From contig CAWELZ010000012.1 in NCBI GenBank assembly GCA_963810075.1, positions 411,368-475,367 of the forward strand: DNA of 64,000 bases, read 5' to 3'. Positions 31,221-40,746 of this stretch are shown here, piece by piece. The DNA comes from an uncultured Actinomycetes bacterium. Lineage in GTDB: Bacteria; Actinomycetota; Acidimicrobiia; Acidimicrobiales; Iamiaceae. A model generated the notes under the pieces. It saw only the letters and a list, made by a program, of their open reading frames with translations, did not search any database and was not told where the DNA came from. The translations under genes and the position numbers were made by a program. Each line of letters opens with the position of its first letter. The stretch's first letter is position 1.

Positions 31221-31730
31221 TCACTCGAAGGACACGAAGTGCGGGAAGTGGGGCGCGGCGAGGACCGCGGCCATCACCCCGACCACGACGGAACCGACCA
31301 CCAGGCCGCGGCGCACGGCCCGCCCGGGGATCCGGAGGGCCCGGGCCGACCAGTCGTCGGTGCCGACCGAGACCGTCTCGAGAAGGTGACCGAGCACGTG
31401 GATGGTCATCGCGCCGAACCAGAGGATGAAGGACGCCTTGTGGATGAAGAAGACCCACTGCGAGCGCGACCCGGCGACGGCCAACCAGATGCCGCTGGCC
31501 AGGAGCACCACCGTGAGGGCGACCATCACCGGCGCGGTGAGGCGCAGGATCAAGTGGGGTGGACCTTTCCGGCGGTAGCGGGGCTCGCCGGCGTAGTAGC
31601 GGACGAAGCGGTAGCCGGTGCTGCCGAGCTTGAGCAGCACAGGAGGGATGATCAGCACACCGATGAGCTCGTGCCAGCGCAGCAGCGGACCGATCGCAAC
31701 CAGGGTGAGCCCCTCGAAGAAGAGGAGCAC
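31221..31730 (-). CDS. Small integral membrane protein (four predicted TM helices)
   Basis: The 169-aa ORF is strongly hydrophobic. The overlapping 31171..31821 frame is Arg-rich. Confidence 0.4.
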   Translation of the reverse strand: MLLFFEGLTLVAIGPLLRWHELIGVLIIPPVLLKLGSTGYRFVRYYAGEPRYRRKGPPHLILRLTAPVMVALTVVLLASGIWLAVAGSRSQWVFFIHKASFILWFGAMTIHVLGHLLETVSVGTDDWSARALRIPGRAVRRGLVVGSVVVGVMAAVLAAPHFPHFVSFE

Positions 31731-31865
31731 CAGGAGGACGGCGCCGGTCGAGCTGGTCAGTCGCGCGTTGGCTTCGACGCCGGTGTCGGTCGCGCGGTTC
31801 TTCGAGGGTCGCTTGAGACATGGCGTCGTCCTAATCGGTTCGGGTGAGAGCCGGGTAAGGAGCAG

Positions 31866-33557
31866 GTGAGCGGAGGTATGCGGCCGCGGGGATCGAATTG
31901 CGACTCCGCGTCGGCGACTTCAACCCGTAGCCTGATCGTCGTGGCGGTCAGCATCGAAGTGTCCCGCGAGACCCCGGTCGTCTCCGACCAGCCCGCTCCG
32001 CCGGCGCTCGGTTCGATCGCGATCGCCGCCCTCAGCGCGGCGATCGCCGCGTCGATCGTCTTCACGGGCTGGCACGGCGGTGACCTGCCCGCCCAGGTCT
32101 ATCGCGAGCGGATGTTCCGTTCGTTCGGGCTCCTCGCCTGGGACGGATGGTGGTACGCCGGCCACTACTGGCTGTCCTACAGCGTCCTCTCGCCGGTCGT
32201 GTCGGGTCTCATCGGGCTTCGGCTCACCGCGCTCGGCGCCGCGGTGGTTGCCGCCTGGGCATTCGACCGGCTGCTCACCACGCATCTGCCGGCCGATGCC
32301 CGACGCACGGCGCGCGTCGCCTCGGTCCTGTTCGCGGGGAACCTGGCGGTGCCGCTGTTCATCGGGCAGGTCACGTTCCTGCTCGGTGAGGCCGTCGGCC
32401 TGCTGGCCGTGCTGGCCCTTCAGCGGCGACGCCGCGTCCTGGCGGTGCTGCTGGCGTGCGTCGGCTCCCTGGTGAGCCCCGTCGCCGGCATCTTCCTGGT
32501 GCTGGTGTTCGTGGCCTGGGCGTTCGGCGATCCGACGTTGCGACGGCCGGCCCTGTTCGCGGTCGCTGCGGCCGCGACGCCACTGGCCTTGTCGACGCTG
32601 CTGTTCGGCAACGGCGGGACCGACCCGTTTCCGGTCCGCCAGCTCTTCGCGGTACTCGCGACCTGTGCGCTCGCGCTCGCCCTGCTCCCGGCACGGGAGC
32701 GGACGCTGCGCTGGGCATGCGCGCTCTACCTGGCCGGCGCCGTCGCCACGTTCGTCGTGCCCAACGCGCTGGGTGGGAACGTGACACGCCTCGCGGCGGG
32801 GTTCGCGGCACCGTTGGGAATCGCGCTGATTCGGGGCAAGCGTCGAGGGGTCGCCTGGGTCGGTGCCGGGGTCGCGGTCGTGTGGCTGTGGGTTCCCGCG
32901 CTCGGTGCGCTTGCCGGTTCGCACGGCGACCCGTCGCGCAGCGCGTCGTACTTCGCACCGTTGACCGCCGAGTTGGCGAACCAGTCCACGGCGGAGCGGG
33001 TCGAGATCCCCTTCACCAAGCAGCACTGGGAGGCCGCGTACGTGGCGCCGAAGCTGCTGCTGGCGCGTGGCTGGGAGCGCCAGCTCGACCGCAAGTACAA
33101 CCCCCTCTTCTACGCCGACGAGCCGCTGACCTCCGCTACCTACCACCGATGGTTGCTCGACAACGGGGTGACCTGGGTGGCGGTTCCCGATGTGCCCCTC
33201 GACTACTCCTCGGTGCAGGAGGTGGCCCTCATCCGCTCCGGGCTCCCGTACCTGCATCGGGTGTGGGCGAGCCCCCACTGGTCGTTGTGGCGGGTGTCCG
33301 ATTCGCCCGGTCTGGTCACCGGTTCGGCTCGACTCCAGGCGCCGGCGCCTGACCGACTCGTGCTCCACGCCACACGCGCCGGTCCGGTGCTCGTGCGATT
33401 CCGGTACACGCCGGTGTGGCATGTCACCCAGGGCTCGGCGTGCGTCAGCAAGGCCGAGGGCGGCTGGCTCCGGGTGAGGGTGGACGCTCCGGGAACCGTC
33501 GACCTGACCGCCCAACTTCACACCGCTGGCCGCAACTGCGACGGCGGCTCGGGCTGA
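31866..33557 (+). CDS. Polytopic membrane protein, possibly a GT-C-fold glycosyltransferase
   Basis: The ORF is about 530-560 aa, with 10 or more TM helices in the first 330 aa and then a soluble C-terminal domain. The start is uncertain, with several GTG/ATG candidates between 31866 and 31965. Confidence 0.4.
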   Translation: MSGGMRPRGSNCDSASATSTRSLIVVAVSIEVSRETPVVSDQPAPPALGSIAIAALSAAIAASIVFTGWHGGDLPAQVYRERMFRSFGLLAWDGWWYAGHYWLSYSVLSPVVSGLIGLRLTALGAAVVAAWAFDRLLTTHLPADARRTARVASVLFAGNLAVPLFIGQVTFLLGEAVGLLAVLALQRRRRVLAVLLACVGSLVSPVAGIFLVLVFVAWAFGDPTLRRPALFAVAAAATPLALSTLLFGNGGTDPFPVRQLFAVLATCALALALLPARERTLRWACALYLAGAVATFVVPNALGGNVTRLAAGFAAPLGIALIRGKRRGVAWVGAGVAVVWLWVPALGALAGSHGDPSRSASYFAPLTAELANQSTAERVEIPFTKQHWEAAYVAPKLLLARGWERQLDRKYNPLFYADEPLTSATYHRWLLDNGVTWVAVPDVPLDYSSVQEVALIRSGLPYLHRVWASPHWSLWRVSDSPGLVTGSARLQAPAPDRLVLHATRAGPVLVRFRYTPVWHVTQGSACVSKAEGGWLRVRVDAPGTVDLTAQLHTAGRNCDGGSG

Positions 33558-33836
33558 GGCCCTCGCGCACGGCCGGGCGACGAGTGCGTCGACGACCCAC
33601 ACGGGTACAGTCTCGGGATGGCCACGGCACCACCCAACCCGGGTGATGACGGCGGTGGTCCGGTCGATCAGGGTGCATGCACCACCGAGCGCGAGGAACG
33701 AGATGGCTGAACCAATGGTGGCAACCGGCGTGACCGCCGGCATCGAGCGCGGCGTGCTGTGCGGCTCCGGTCGTGAACACTTCGGGAGTCATGTTCGTGG
33801 GGAAGCGATGAGCCCCTTCTCCATGGGGCGCGACCG

Positions 33837-34646
33837 ATGACTCCATTTCAGAAGAACCTGCTCCTGCTCATCGCGGTCGGGATCGTCGGCGGCGCGATCG
33901 GCTATGGCATACGGCGAGCCTTTCCGAAGTTGGAGAACGTCGAACCCGGGCCATGGGCCTCGACGCTGGCCTACGTGGCGACCGCATACGGGGTCGTGGT
34001 GGGCTTCTCGATCTTGTTCCTCTTCGGCCAATTCGCGACGGCGCGGTCCGCAGTGGGCGACGAGGCGACTTCGATCGGCACGGCATTCGAACAAGCACAG
34101 CTCTTTCCCAACTCCTCGGACGGAATCCAGCGTGCGCTCATCTGCTACGCGCGGAGCGTTCCGGAGTACGACTGGCCCGCGATGCAGGCCGGCGACGGCG
34201 GTGCGCCTCAGGTCGACCAGACCTACCGCGATCTCGTTGCGTCACTCGGGCAGGGCGATCGCCCCACGACCGGCGCGCTGCATTCGGCGACCGGCACCAA
34301 CCTGGCGTCCCAGATCGGCAGCATCTCGACTTCGCGGGAGGCGAGGCTGGTCACGGCGGAGACCAGGTTCCCCAAGATGCTTTGGGTCCTGTTGCTGGTC
34401 GGCGCAGCATTCGTCCTGCTCATGATCTTCGTGCAGACCCTCGGGGCAACACCGGGGACGCAGGCGCTCCTCGTCGGCCTGTCAGCGTCCTTCACCGCGG
34501 TGTTGATCCTCCTCGTCTTCGCGCTGAACCAGCCCTACTCCGACGGAGGTGGGGCGGTGACTCCAAGGCTCATCGAGGAGACCACGGCCACCATGGTCAG
34601 CTCCGCTCCCCGCCTTGCTCGTCTTCCGTGCCCGGTCGGGAAGTGA
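33837..34646 (+). CDS. Membrane protein (DUF4239-like)
   Basis: The 269-aa ORF has N-terminal TM helices and further C-terminal TM helices around a central soluble region. Family assignment is from memory. Confidence 0.4.
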   Translation: MTPFQKNLLLLIAVGIVGGAIGYGIRRAFPKLENVEPGPWASTLAYVATAYGVVVGFSILFLFGQFATARSAVGDEATSIGTAFEQAQLFPNSSDGIQRALICYARSVPEYDWPAMQAGDGGAPQVDQTYRDLVASLGQGDRPTTGALHSATGTNLASQIGSISTSREARLVTAETRFPKMLWVLLLVGAAFVLLMIFVQTLGATPGTQALLVGLSASFTAVLILLVFALNQPYSDGGGAVTPRLIEETTATMVSSAPRLARLPCPVGK

Positions 34647-35835
34647 CGTAGCGGGTCGCGAGCGGACGTCCGCTGAAGCCGTGGGCCATGATGCTGAAGA
34701 CGATCGTGACCGCGATGGTGTTCGTGGCCACGACCACATGCGGGTTGGTGCTGCCGAGTTGGTCGACCGCCAACAGTGCGAAGACGACCGAGGCCAGACC
34801 ACGGGGCCCGAACCAGCCGATGAAGGCCGTGGTCGACCGATCGACGCCGGACGCGAGCAGGGACACCGCTACCGGCAGCATCCGCACAACCGTGAGGCTC
34901 AACGTCGCGTAGATCACCGTGCGGAGATCGAGGCTCTCGAACGCGGGGAGCACGAAGCTCGCTCCGAAGACGAACCAGAGCGCGAAGGAGAACAACTTGG
35001 CGAGCAACTCGGTCAGCTCGATCGATGGAGCCGCGTCGGTGGAGGCGGTCGCACCAAAAGAAACACCACCGGCGAAGGCGCCGACGAACGGGTTGCCCCC
35101 CAGCATGGACGCCACCAGGAACGTCGCCACTGGAAGGGCAAGTGTGGCGAAACGCCGGGATCCCTCCTGCATCCAACCCCGTCGATGAGCACCGGCGATG
35201 ACACGACCTGCGGTGAGACCGATGCCGACGCCGACGCCGACGCCGATGGCCAATTCGGCGAGCGCCCCGAACCCGTCCTCGAACTGCTTGTCGACCACAC
35301 CCAGCGACGTGGCGGACGCGGCGATGGCCAAGGTCACCAACGGTGTGGCGATGCCGTCGTTCAGTCCGCTCTCGACGTTGAGCACGCGCCGGACCCGGCC
35401 GGGTAGGCGGGTATCGGAGATCACCGATGCACTCAACGCGGCATCGGTGGGCGCGAGGCAGGTGGCGATGAGCGCGGTCAGTGCGAAGGGCAACCCCGGG
35501 AACACCAGGGCGGCAAGCACGGTCCCGACAACGATCGACAGCGGCAACCCGATGCCGAGGAGACGAGCGGTCAACGGCACGTCCCGGCGCGCCGCGGTCA
35601 GTGAAACCGTGGATGCGTCGGCGAAGAGCAGGAGCGCCAACGTGATCTCCGCGGTGTCGTGCACCGTCGAGTTGGCGAGGTTGACATCGACGATGCCCCA
35701 ACTCGGGTTTGCCAGAACGAGTCCACCGACCAGGAAGACCATGGGCCCGGTGATGTCGTGACGGTCGAACCAACCGGAGAGGACCGCCCACCCGAATGCG
35801 GTGGCGGCAAGGGCGATGAGCGCGGACTCATCCAT
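34597..35835 (-). CDS. Cation:proton antiporter (CPA1/NhaP family Na+/H+ exchanger)
   Basis: The start MDESALIALAATAFG lies at 35835. There are 11-12 TM helices, and the signature ATDAALSASVISDTRLPGRVRRVLNVESGLNDG resembles NhaP. The 3' end overlaps the convergent gene 33837..34646 by about 50 bp. Confidence 0.65.
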   Translation of the reverse strand: MDESALIALAATAFGWAVLSGWFDRHDITGPMVFLVGGLVLANPSWGIVDVNLANSTVHDTAEITLALLLFADASTVSLTAARRDVPLTARLLGIGLPLSIVVGTVLAALVFPGLPFALTALIATCLAPTDAALSASVISDTRLPGRVRRVLNVESGLNDGIATPLVTLAIAASATSLGVVDKQFEDGFGALAELAIGVGVGVGIGLTAGRVIAGAHRRGWMQEGSRRFATLALPVATFLVASMLGGNPFVGAFAGGVSFGATASTDAAPSIELTELLAKLFSFALWFVFGASFVLPAFESLDLRTVIYATLSLTVVRMLPVAVSLLASGVDRSTTAFIGWFGPRGLASVVFALLAVDQLGSTNPHVVVATNTIAVTIVFSIMAHGFSGRPLATRYVTSRPGTEDEQGGERS

Positions 35836-35942
35836 GACGATCGAACCTCGAACCGTTGGGTCGGAACGCAACTCTGTCGCGCCCTTGGGCTCCCGAGCTT
35901 GCGGGCTGCGCGAGCTGCGATCCGAGCCGTCCGAGAGGACCG

Positions 35943-38102
35943 TCAGGAATCGACGGCATCGTCGTCGAGCATCCCGGCGCGTCTGGCCCGATCCACTGCG
36001 TCGCGCCTCGAGTTCGTGCCGAGCTTGCGATAGATGGCGGCCGTGTGGCTCTTGACCGTGTTGCGCGACACGAACAGCCTCGCCGCGATGTCGGCGAGGC
36101 TGAGGTTGGTCGGCAGGTACTGGGTGACGCGAAGTTCTGCCTCGGTGAGCGTCCATGAGCGATCAGCAAGGAGGTCGGTGGCGACCCGCACCTGGTTGCG
36201 GAGCTCGTCGACGTAGGCCGCGAACGGGGCGCTTTCGTCCTGGATTCCCAGAGAGGTCTCGATCCGCCGGAACAGGTCGTTCGCCATCTGCGCATCGTCG
36301 ATGAGCAAGCACGTGCGCACCAACGTGACGAGCCCGAGAAGTTGGTACCACGGCGCACCACTACCCAGTCCATCGAGTTGGTGGAGGCTCGATTCGATCC
36401 GTCTTGACGCATCTTCGAGGTGTCCACCTCGCGCGTCGAGGAGCGACGCGACCGCGGTGGTGAGGCCGGTTGCCAGGCAGGTCTCGCCGTGGCGCGGTTC
36501 GAGCAGGGCGATGGATTGGGACCCGTACTCGGCGGCCTTGTTCCGGTTGCCTTCGAGGTCGAGGACGATCGCAAGGATCGCGGCGCCAAGCGCATGCAAC
36601 GTGGTCAGTTGTCCGACGTCGGCCTCGAACAACGCTCCGCGGAGCGTGTCGATCGCCAGCTCGTCGCCACCGATGTACATGTTCGCACCGTGCACCAAAC
36701 CTGCGAACGCATTCCATGGGCCGCTCGGAAGACGACCATATGCGTGTGCAGAGATGGGGAGCAGCTCGGCGGCGGGACGTCGCTCGAGCGCCGCATGCAG
36801 GACTTCCGTCTGGAGACTGGACAGGTCGTCGGCCACTTTGTCCGAGTCGTCGTTCCGGTGGAGCTCCCGCCAAGCCAACCGTTCCCAGTCGAGCGCGGCG
36901 TCTCCGTCTCCCGCGTCCATCGCGAGCGCTGACGCGACGATGCGGAGCGGAGGTGACGAGCGAATTCGGTCGTCACCAAGGTTCGCGAGCCACCGTTGGA
37001 CCGTGCGCCGCATCCCGCGCGCGACGTAGTCCCCCATGTAGGTCGTGATCAGCCGCTCGCAGAGGCCGAGGTCCCCGGCGGTCGCCGCGTGCTCGATGGC
37101 GAGATCGATGTCGCCTTCTCGTTCCCACCAGTGGGCAGCGGACACGTGGATCTCACGCCACCGGGCACGATCCTGGCTCCTGAGTCGGGAGGAGAGCCAG
37201 CGTTGGAGGAGCGGGTGGAGCCGATACCAGTCGCCGTGCCAATCGAGCGCAGAGAACATGAGCTCGTCGTGGCAGAGTCGACGCAGAAGCATCCTGGAAT
37301 CGGTCATTCCAAGGACGGAATCGCACATGTCCCCGGAGAAGCGTCCAAGACAGCCGGTCTCCAAGAGGACTGTCTGATCGGCTGGTTCAAGGATTCCGAA
37401 CCACTCTTCGGTGATGTAGTCGGTGATGTAGTCGATCTCACCGAGTCCTCTCACCGAGGCCGCAACGCCGTGGGTTCGGCTGGCCACGACGATCCCTGCC
37501 AAACGAAGTCCCGCTGGCCACCCCTCGAACTGGTCCGTGATCTCCGCCAGTGCGTCGATGTCCGACTCGACTCCCATCGAGGTGAACAACTCCTCGGTCT
37601 CCGCCAGGTCGAACGCGAGGTCGTCGGCGAACAGGTCGATGACGCCCGGGTCGAGCCGGAACCTGGCGATGGCTCCAGAGTGGTGGAAGGCCCGGCCGGC
37701 GAGGACGAGCGTGGATGGCCAGGGAAGGTTCGCGATGACGAGCTCGAGGAGCTCCGCTGACGCTTGGCTCTCGATGTGATGGACGTCGTCCAACACCAGG
37801 ACGAATGGTTCGGTGCATCCCGCAACCAGGGCGGCGGTGGCGTCCCTCGGGGTTGCGTCCGGTCCCGAGGGCCCCAGCCCGGACAATGCTTGGCTCAGGG
37901 TATGGGCGAGAACCATGGGATCGTTGTCGATCGGTTCGAGGTCGAGCCACCGAACGTCGCGAGGATCAGAACCGACCCATCGCGAGATGAGCGTTGACTT
38001 CCCGTAGCCAGCAGGGGCAAGGACTCGGATCAGCTTGCCGGTCGCGGCCGCGAAGTGCTCATCCAGGCGCGTCCGTTCGATGACCGTCGATCGATTGGTC
38101 AT
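35943..38102 (-). CDS. LAL-type (MalT-like) LuxR-family transcriptional regulator
   Basis: An N-terminal NTPase P-loop (VLAPAGYGKSTLIS), a central helical/TPR-like region, and a C-terminal LuxR HTH (LTEAELRVTQYLPTNLSLADIAARLFVSRNTVKSHTAAIYRKLG) are present. The start is MTNRS at 38102 or MNDLV at 38168. Confidence 0.7.
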   Translation of the reverse strand: MTNRSTVIERTRLDEHFAAATGKLIRVLAPAGYGKSTLISRWVGSDPRDVRWLDLEPIDNDPMVLAHTLSQALSGLGPSGPDATPRDATAALVAGCTEPFVLVLDDVHHIESQASAELLELVIANLPWPSTLVLAGRAFHHSGAIARFRLDPGVIDLFADDLAFDLAETEELFTSMGVESDIDALAEITDQFEGWPAGLRLAGIVVASRTHGVAASVRGLGEIDYITDYITEEWFGILEPADQTVLLETGCLGRFSGDMCDSVLGMTDSRMLLRRLCHDELMFSALDWHGDWYRLHPLLQRWLSSRLRSQDRARWREIHVSAAHWWEREGDIDLAIEHAATAGDLGLCERLITTYMGDYVARGMRRTVQRWLANLGDDRIRSSPPLRIVASALAMDAGDGDAALDWERLAWRELHRNDDSDKVADDLSSLQTEVLHAALERRPAAELLPISAHAYGRLPSGPWNAFAGLVHGANMYIGGDELAIDTLRGALFEADVGQLTTLHALGAAILAIVLDLEGNRNKAAEYGSQSIALLEPRHGETCLATGLTTAVASLLDARGGHLEDASRRIESSLHQLDGLGSGAPWYQLLGLVTLVRTCLLIDDAQMANDLFRRIETSLGIQDESAPFAAYVDELRNQVRVATDLLADRSWTLTEAELRVTQYLPTNLSLADIAARLFVSRNTVKSHTAAIYRKLGTNSRRDAVDRARRAGMLDDDAVDS

Positions 38103-38393
38103 TGCGCCGAATCTCGCTGGTAGCCCCGCGAACCGTGCGAGATCTCGGATGGCAACCAGATCGTTCACAGCTCGGCTCGCTCAACTCTGTGGCAGCAGTG
38201 GCACCACCGGCGGAAGCTGGTGGCCGGAGGGGGCCGGTCGAGATCTGGACGTCCGCTGCATCTCGGCCGAGCCTTGACACGTCGCGCAGTGGTGCGGCGG
38301 CAAAAGTAGCACGCAGTGCGGCACCCGAGGAGCCACTTCCACGGCCGAGTGGAGTCGATGTGAACACGGGGCGGTGCGGTTCCGCACGCCCGG

Positions 38394-38651
38394 TCAACTT
38401 GCGAGGATCTTGGCCTTCCCGGCATCGAACTCGGCGTCGGTCAAGGCACCCTGTCCATGGAGCTCCGCCAGCTCTTTCAACTGCTCGACGGTCGTCATCG
38501 GTGGGGCGACCTGCTGAGGTGGGGGAGGAGGCGCCATCGCCGGCTGTGCGTACTGCTGCACGGGCGGTGCGTACTGCTGTTGTTCGTACGCGGTGGCCTC
38601 CGCTTGTGTGAGACCGCGACGTTCTTGGCGGCGTCGAACGCGGCCGGACAC
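38394..38651 (-). CDS. SHOCT-domain protein
   Basis: The C-terminus carries the SHOCT motif (LKELAELHGQGALTDAEFDAGKAKILAS) after a Gln/Pro-rich low-complexity N-region. The start is uncertain. Confidence 0.5.
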   Translation of the reverse strand: MSGRVRRRQERRGLTQAEATAYEQQQYAPPVQQYAQPAMAPPPPPQQVAPPMTTVEQLKELAELHGQGALTDAEFDAGKAKILAS

Positions 38652-38736
38652 CGCGGTGGCGGTGCCGGCGATGACCGCAGTGCCGACCGCCGCGGCGCAT
38701 GATGGGTCGTCTTCGCAACATGGTGTTCTCGCTTTC

Positions 38737-39156
38737 TCAACCGGCCTCGGTCAGCGTGGCCTCCAAGGCCTCGCCGAGCTCTGCGGGAATTCGCAAACCC
38801 TCGATCAGCTCGCCGCCGGCTCGCCTGAGTGCGTCAGCGAGGGGTTGTGCCCAGACATCCTCCCAGACGATCAGCAAGACCGAGGAGCCGCCGACGATCG
38901 ATTCCGCGGCATGTTCGATGTCCTCAGGTCCGATCACCCCGCCCACGTCGCCTTCGAGCGCGGCGAATGCGCTGAGCTGCTCATGTTCGTCGACTTCGAG
39001 GACCACGACGCTTCCGTCCTCGCCCTTGGCGACGAAGACGAGGTCGACGATTCGGATGAGCCCCGCATCGAGGAGCGCAGCGAGCTCCGCGGCGATCTCT
39101 CCCGAGAAGTCGTTGGCCGGGAAGCCGATGACGATGGATTCCAACGGTGCAACCAC
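38737..39156 (-). CDS. Acidic hypothetical protein (DUF6325/DUF1269-like) that often neighbours SHOCT genes
   Basis: The GTG at 39156 lies 4 nt downstream of GGAGG. The product is MVAPLESIVIGFPANDFSGEIAAELAALLDAGLIRIVDLVFV... The ORF track extends to 39255, but that part is low complexity. Confidence 0.45.
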   Translation of the reverse strand: MVAPLESIVIGFPANDFSGEIAAELAALLDAGLIRIVDLVFVAKGEDGSVVVLEVDEHEQLSAFAALEGDVGGVIGPEDIEHAAESIVGGSSVLLIVWEDVWAQPLADALRRAGGELIEGLRIPAELGEALEATLTEAG

Positions 39157-39595
39157 AGGGCCTCCAAGATGAGCAGGCGGATGTGGTGCCGATCCGATGT
39201 CGACACCACCGTGATCGAAACTAGATCCGGGGTCACGAGGCGACCTCCCCCACATCGGGCGATCTGCTCGATTCCTGCCGACCGGGGCGACGTGGGCACC
39301 CTGCGCGATTTCACCCGGTGAGGATGATGCGTCTCGAGCGTGTTGCGAGCGCGATGGGCACCATGGTGAGCTCCTCGGCGTGCGGGCCCTGCAGGCGGTC
39401 GGCGGGACGGCCTCGGCCTGCGGTGTGCGCGAAGTCCGCGGGGGCTGTCGAGGGCGGCGACTCGTGACGCTCCTGGGGCCGTTCGGCCGGTCGGTCGGGT
39501 CCGCGGCCTCCGGGGCGAGCGCCAGTTCCTCGGGTTCGCCAACGGGGATCCCGTACCATTGGCAGCCTGGCCGATCGGCTCGCGTTCAGCCATCG

Positions 39596-40078
39596 AACCC
39601 GGTCGACGAACGCCGGATCGATGTTGCCAGGTTCCTGACTCGGGCTCTCCTTGGCGACTCGAAAGGGGTCGTGCCCCACATCGCTCGCCTCGAAGCGGTC
39701 GTCGACGAGCTCGTCGTGGTGTGGAGCCCCTCGCTGTACGTCCGCTCGAGGGGTGAGTTGGTGACCGCGATCTTCGATCACGACGACGCGATCACCGAGA
39801 TCGGAGTCGAGATCGTGGGGGAGGCCATCGGCGGACCGATGATCTACATCGAGTGGCAGGTCAAGGGCCGATTCGTCAACCCGGGATTCCTCGACGACGA
39901 CTTGCTGATCGAGCCATCGCACTCCCAGATCGAAACCGCAGGCGTGCTGGTCTACGCCTTCGCGCGCGAACGGGTTCGTCGAATCCGGTGCTTCTACGAC
40001 GGCGTCGCGCTGCTCGAACAGGTCCTGCCCTCGGCGGCCGGACGTCGCAGTGATCCTGGATCTCGGGACGGCGCATGA
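39596..40078 (+). CDS. NTF2-like/SnoaL-like domain protein (start unresolved)
   Basis: This is the C-terminal 160 codons of ORF 39380..40078. The segments FLTRALLGD and VDELVVVWSP fit a SnoaL-like fold. No canonical start lies between the protein-like region and the in-frame GTG at 39671, so an upstream indel is possible. Confidence 0.3.
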   Translation, partial: NPVDERRIDVARFLTRALLGDSKGVVPHIARLEAVVDELVVVWSPSLYVRSRGELVTAIFDHDDAITEIGVEIVGEAIGGPMIYIEWQVKGRFVNPGFLDDDLLIEPSHSQIETAGVLVYAFARERVRRIRCFYDGVALLEQVLPSAAGRRSDPGSRDGA

Positions 40079-40326
40079 TCCGGCGGGGCAGCGCAACTTC
40101 ACGGTTGGGATGGCGCGCGAGCTCGCGACGTCGACGGGCGCGCCGAGTGGCGCGTGGCGCTCGCCGAGGATGATCAGGGCGTGAATCGTCCGAAGTGGGT
40201 GAGGTGAGGTGAAGCCATCCCGGCGTAGGGTGACCCGGCCATTCGCCGAGGGCCTCGCCCCATGGCGTGCGGATGCCTCACGGCAACCGGGCATCGCCAC
40301 TGAGTTCTTTCGATGAGGAGATCACC

Positions 40327-40719
40327 ATGCTTGCCTACGACTACCCAATTCTCGGCATCTTCTGGACCGCGTTCATCATCTTCATCTGGGTGGCTTGGCT
40401 CATCCTGCTGTTCCAGGTGTTCGTGGACATCTTCCGTTCCGATATGGGCGGCTGGTCCAAGGGTCTGTGGTCGATCTTCGTCATCGCTGCTCCGTTTCTC
40501 GGCGTCTTCATCTACCTCATCGCCCACGGTGGCTCGATGGCACAACGCCGGATGGATAGCGCCCTGGAGAACGAAAAGGCCTACCGCTCGTACGTGCAGG
40601 GAGTCGCCGGCGGTGGCACCGCAGCGGGCCAGCTGAGCCAGCTCGCCGAGCTCCGCAACAGCGGTGCGCTGACGGACGCCGAGTTCGAGGCGCAGAAGGC
40701 AAGAATTCTCGCTAGCTAG
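40327..40719 (+). CDS. Membrane protein with PLDc_N-like two-TM N-domain and C-terminal SHOCT domain
   Basis: The ATG at 40327 is preceded by GAGGAG. Two TM helices are present (ILGIFWTAFIIFIWVAWLILLF and LWSIFVIAAPFLGVFIYLIAHG). The C-terminus LAELRNSGALTDAEFEAQKARILAS is a SHOCT motif. Confidence 0.55.
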   Translation: MLAYDYPILGIFWTAFIIFIWVAWLILLFQVFVDIFRSDMGGWSKGLWSIFVIAAPFLGVFIYLIAHGGSMAQRRMDSALENEKAYRSYVQGVAGGGTAAGQLSQLAELRNSGALTDAEFEAQKARILAS

Positions 40720-40746
40720 ATTTCCAACGACGACCGGAGACCCACC

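Noticed and set aside
33445-33846. Small ORFs in the 280-bp gap between the GT-C-like gene and the DUF4239 gene
   Set aside because: They are short and low complexity and have no RBS. The region is more likely a promoter or 5' UTR.
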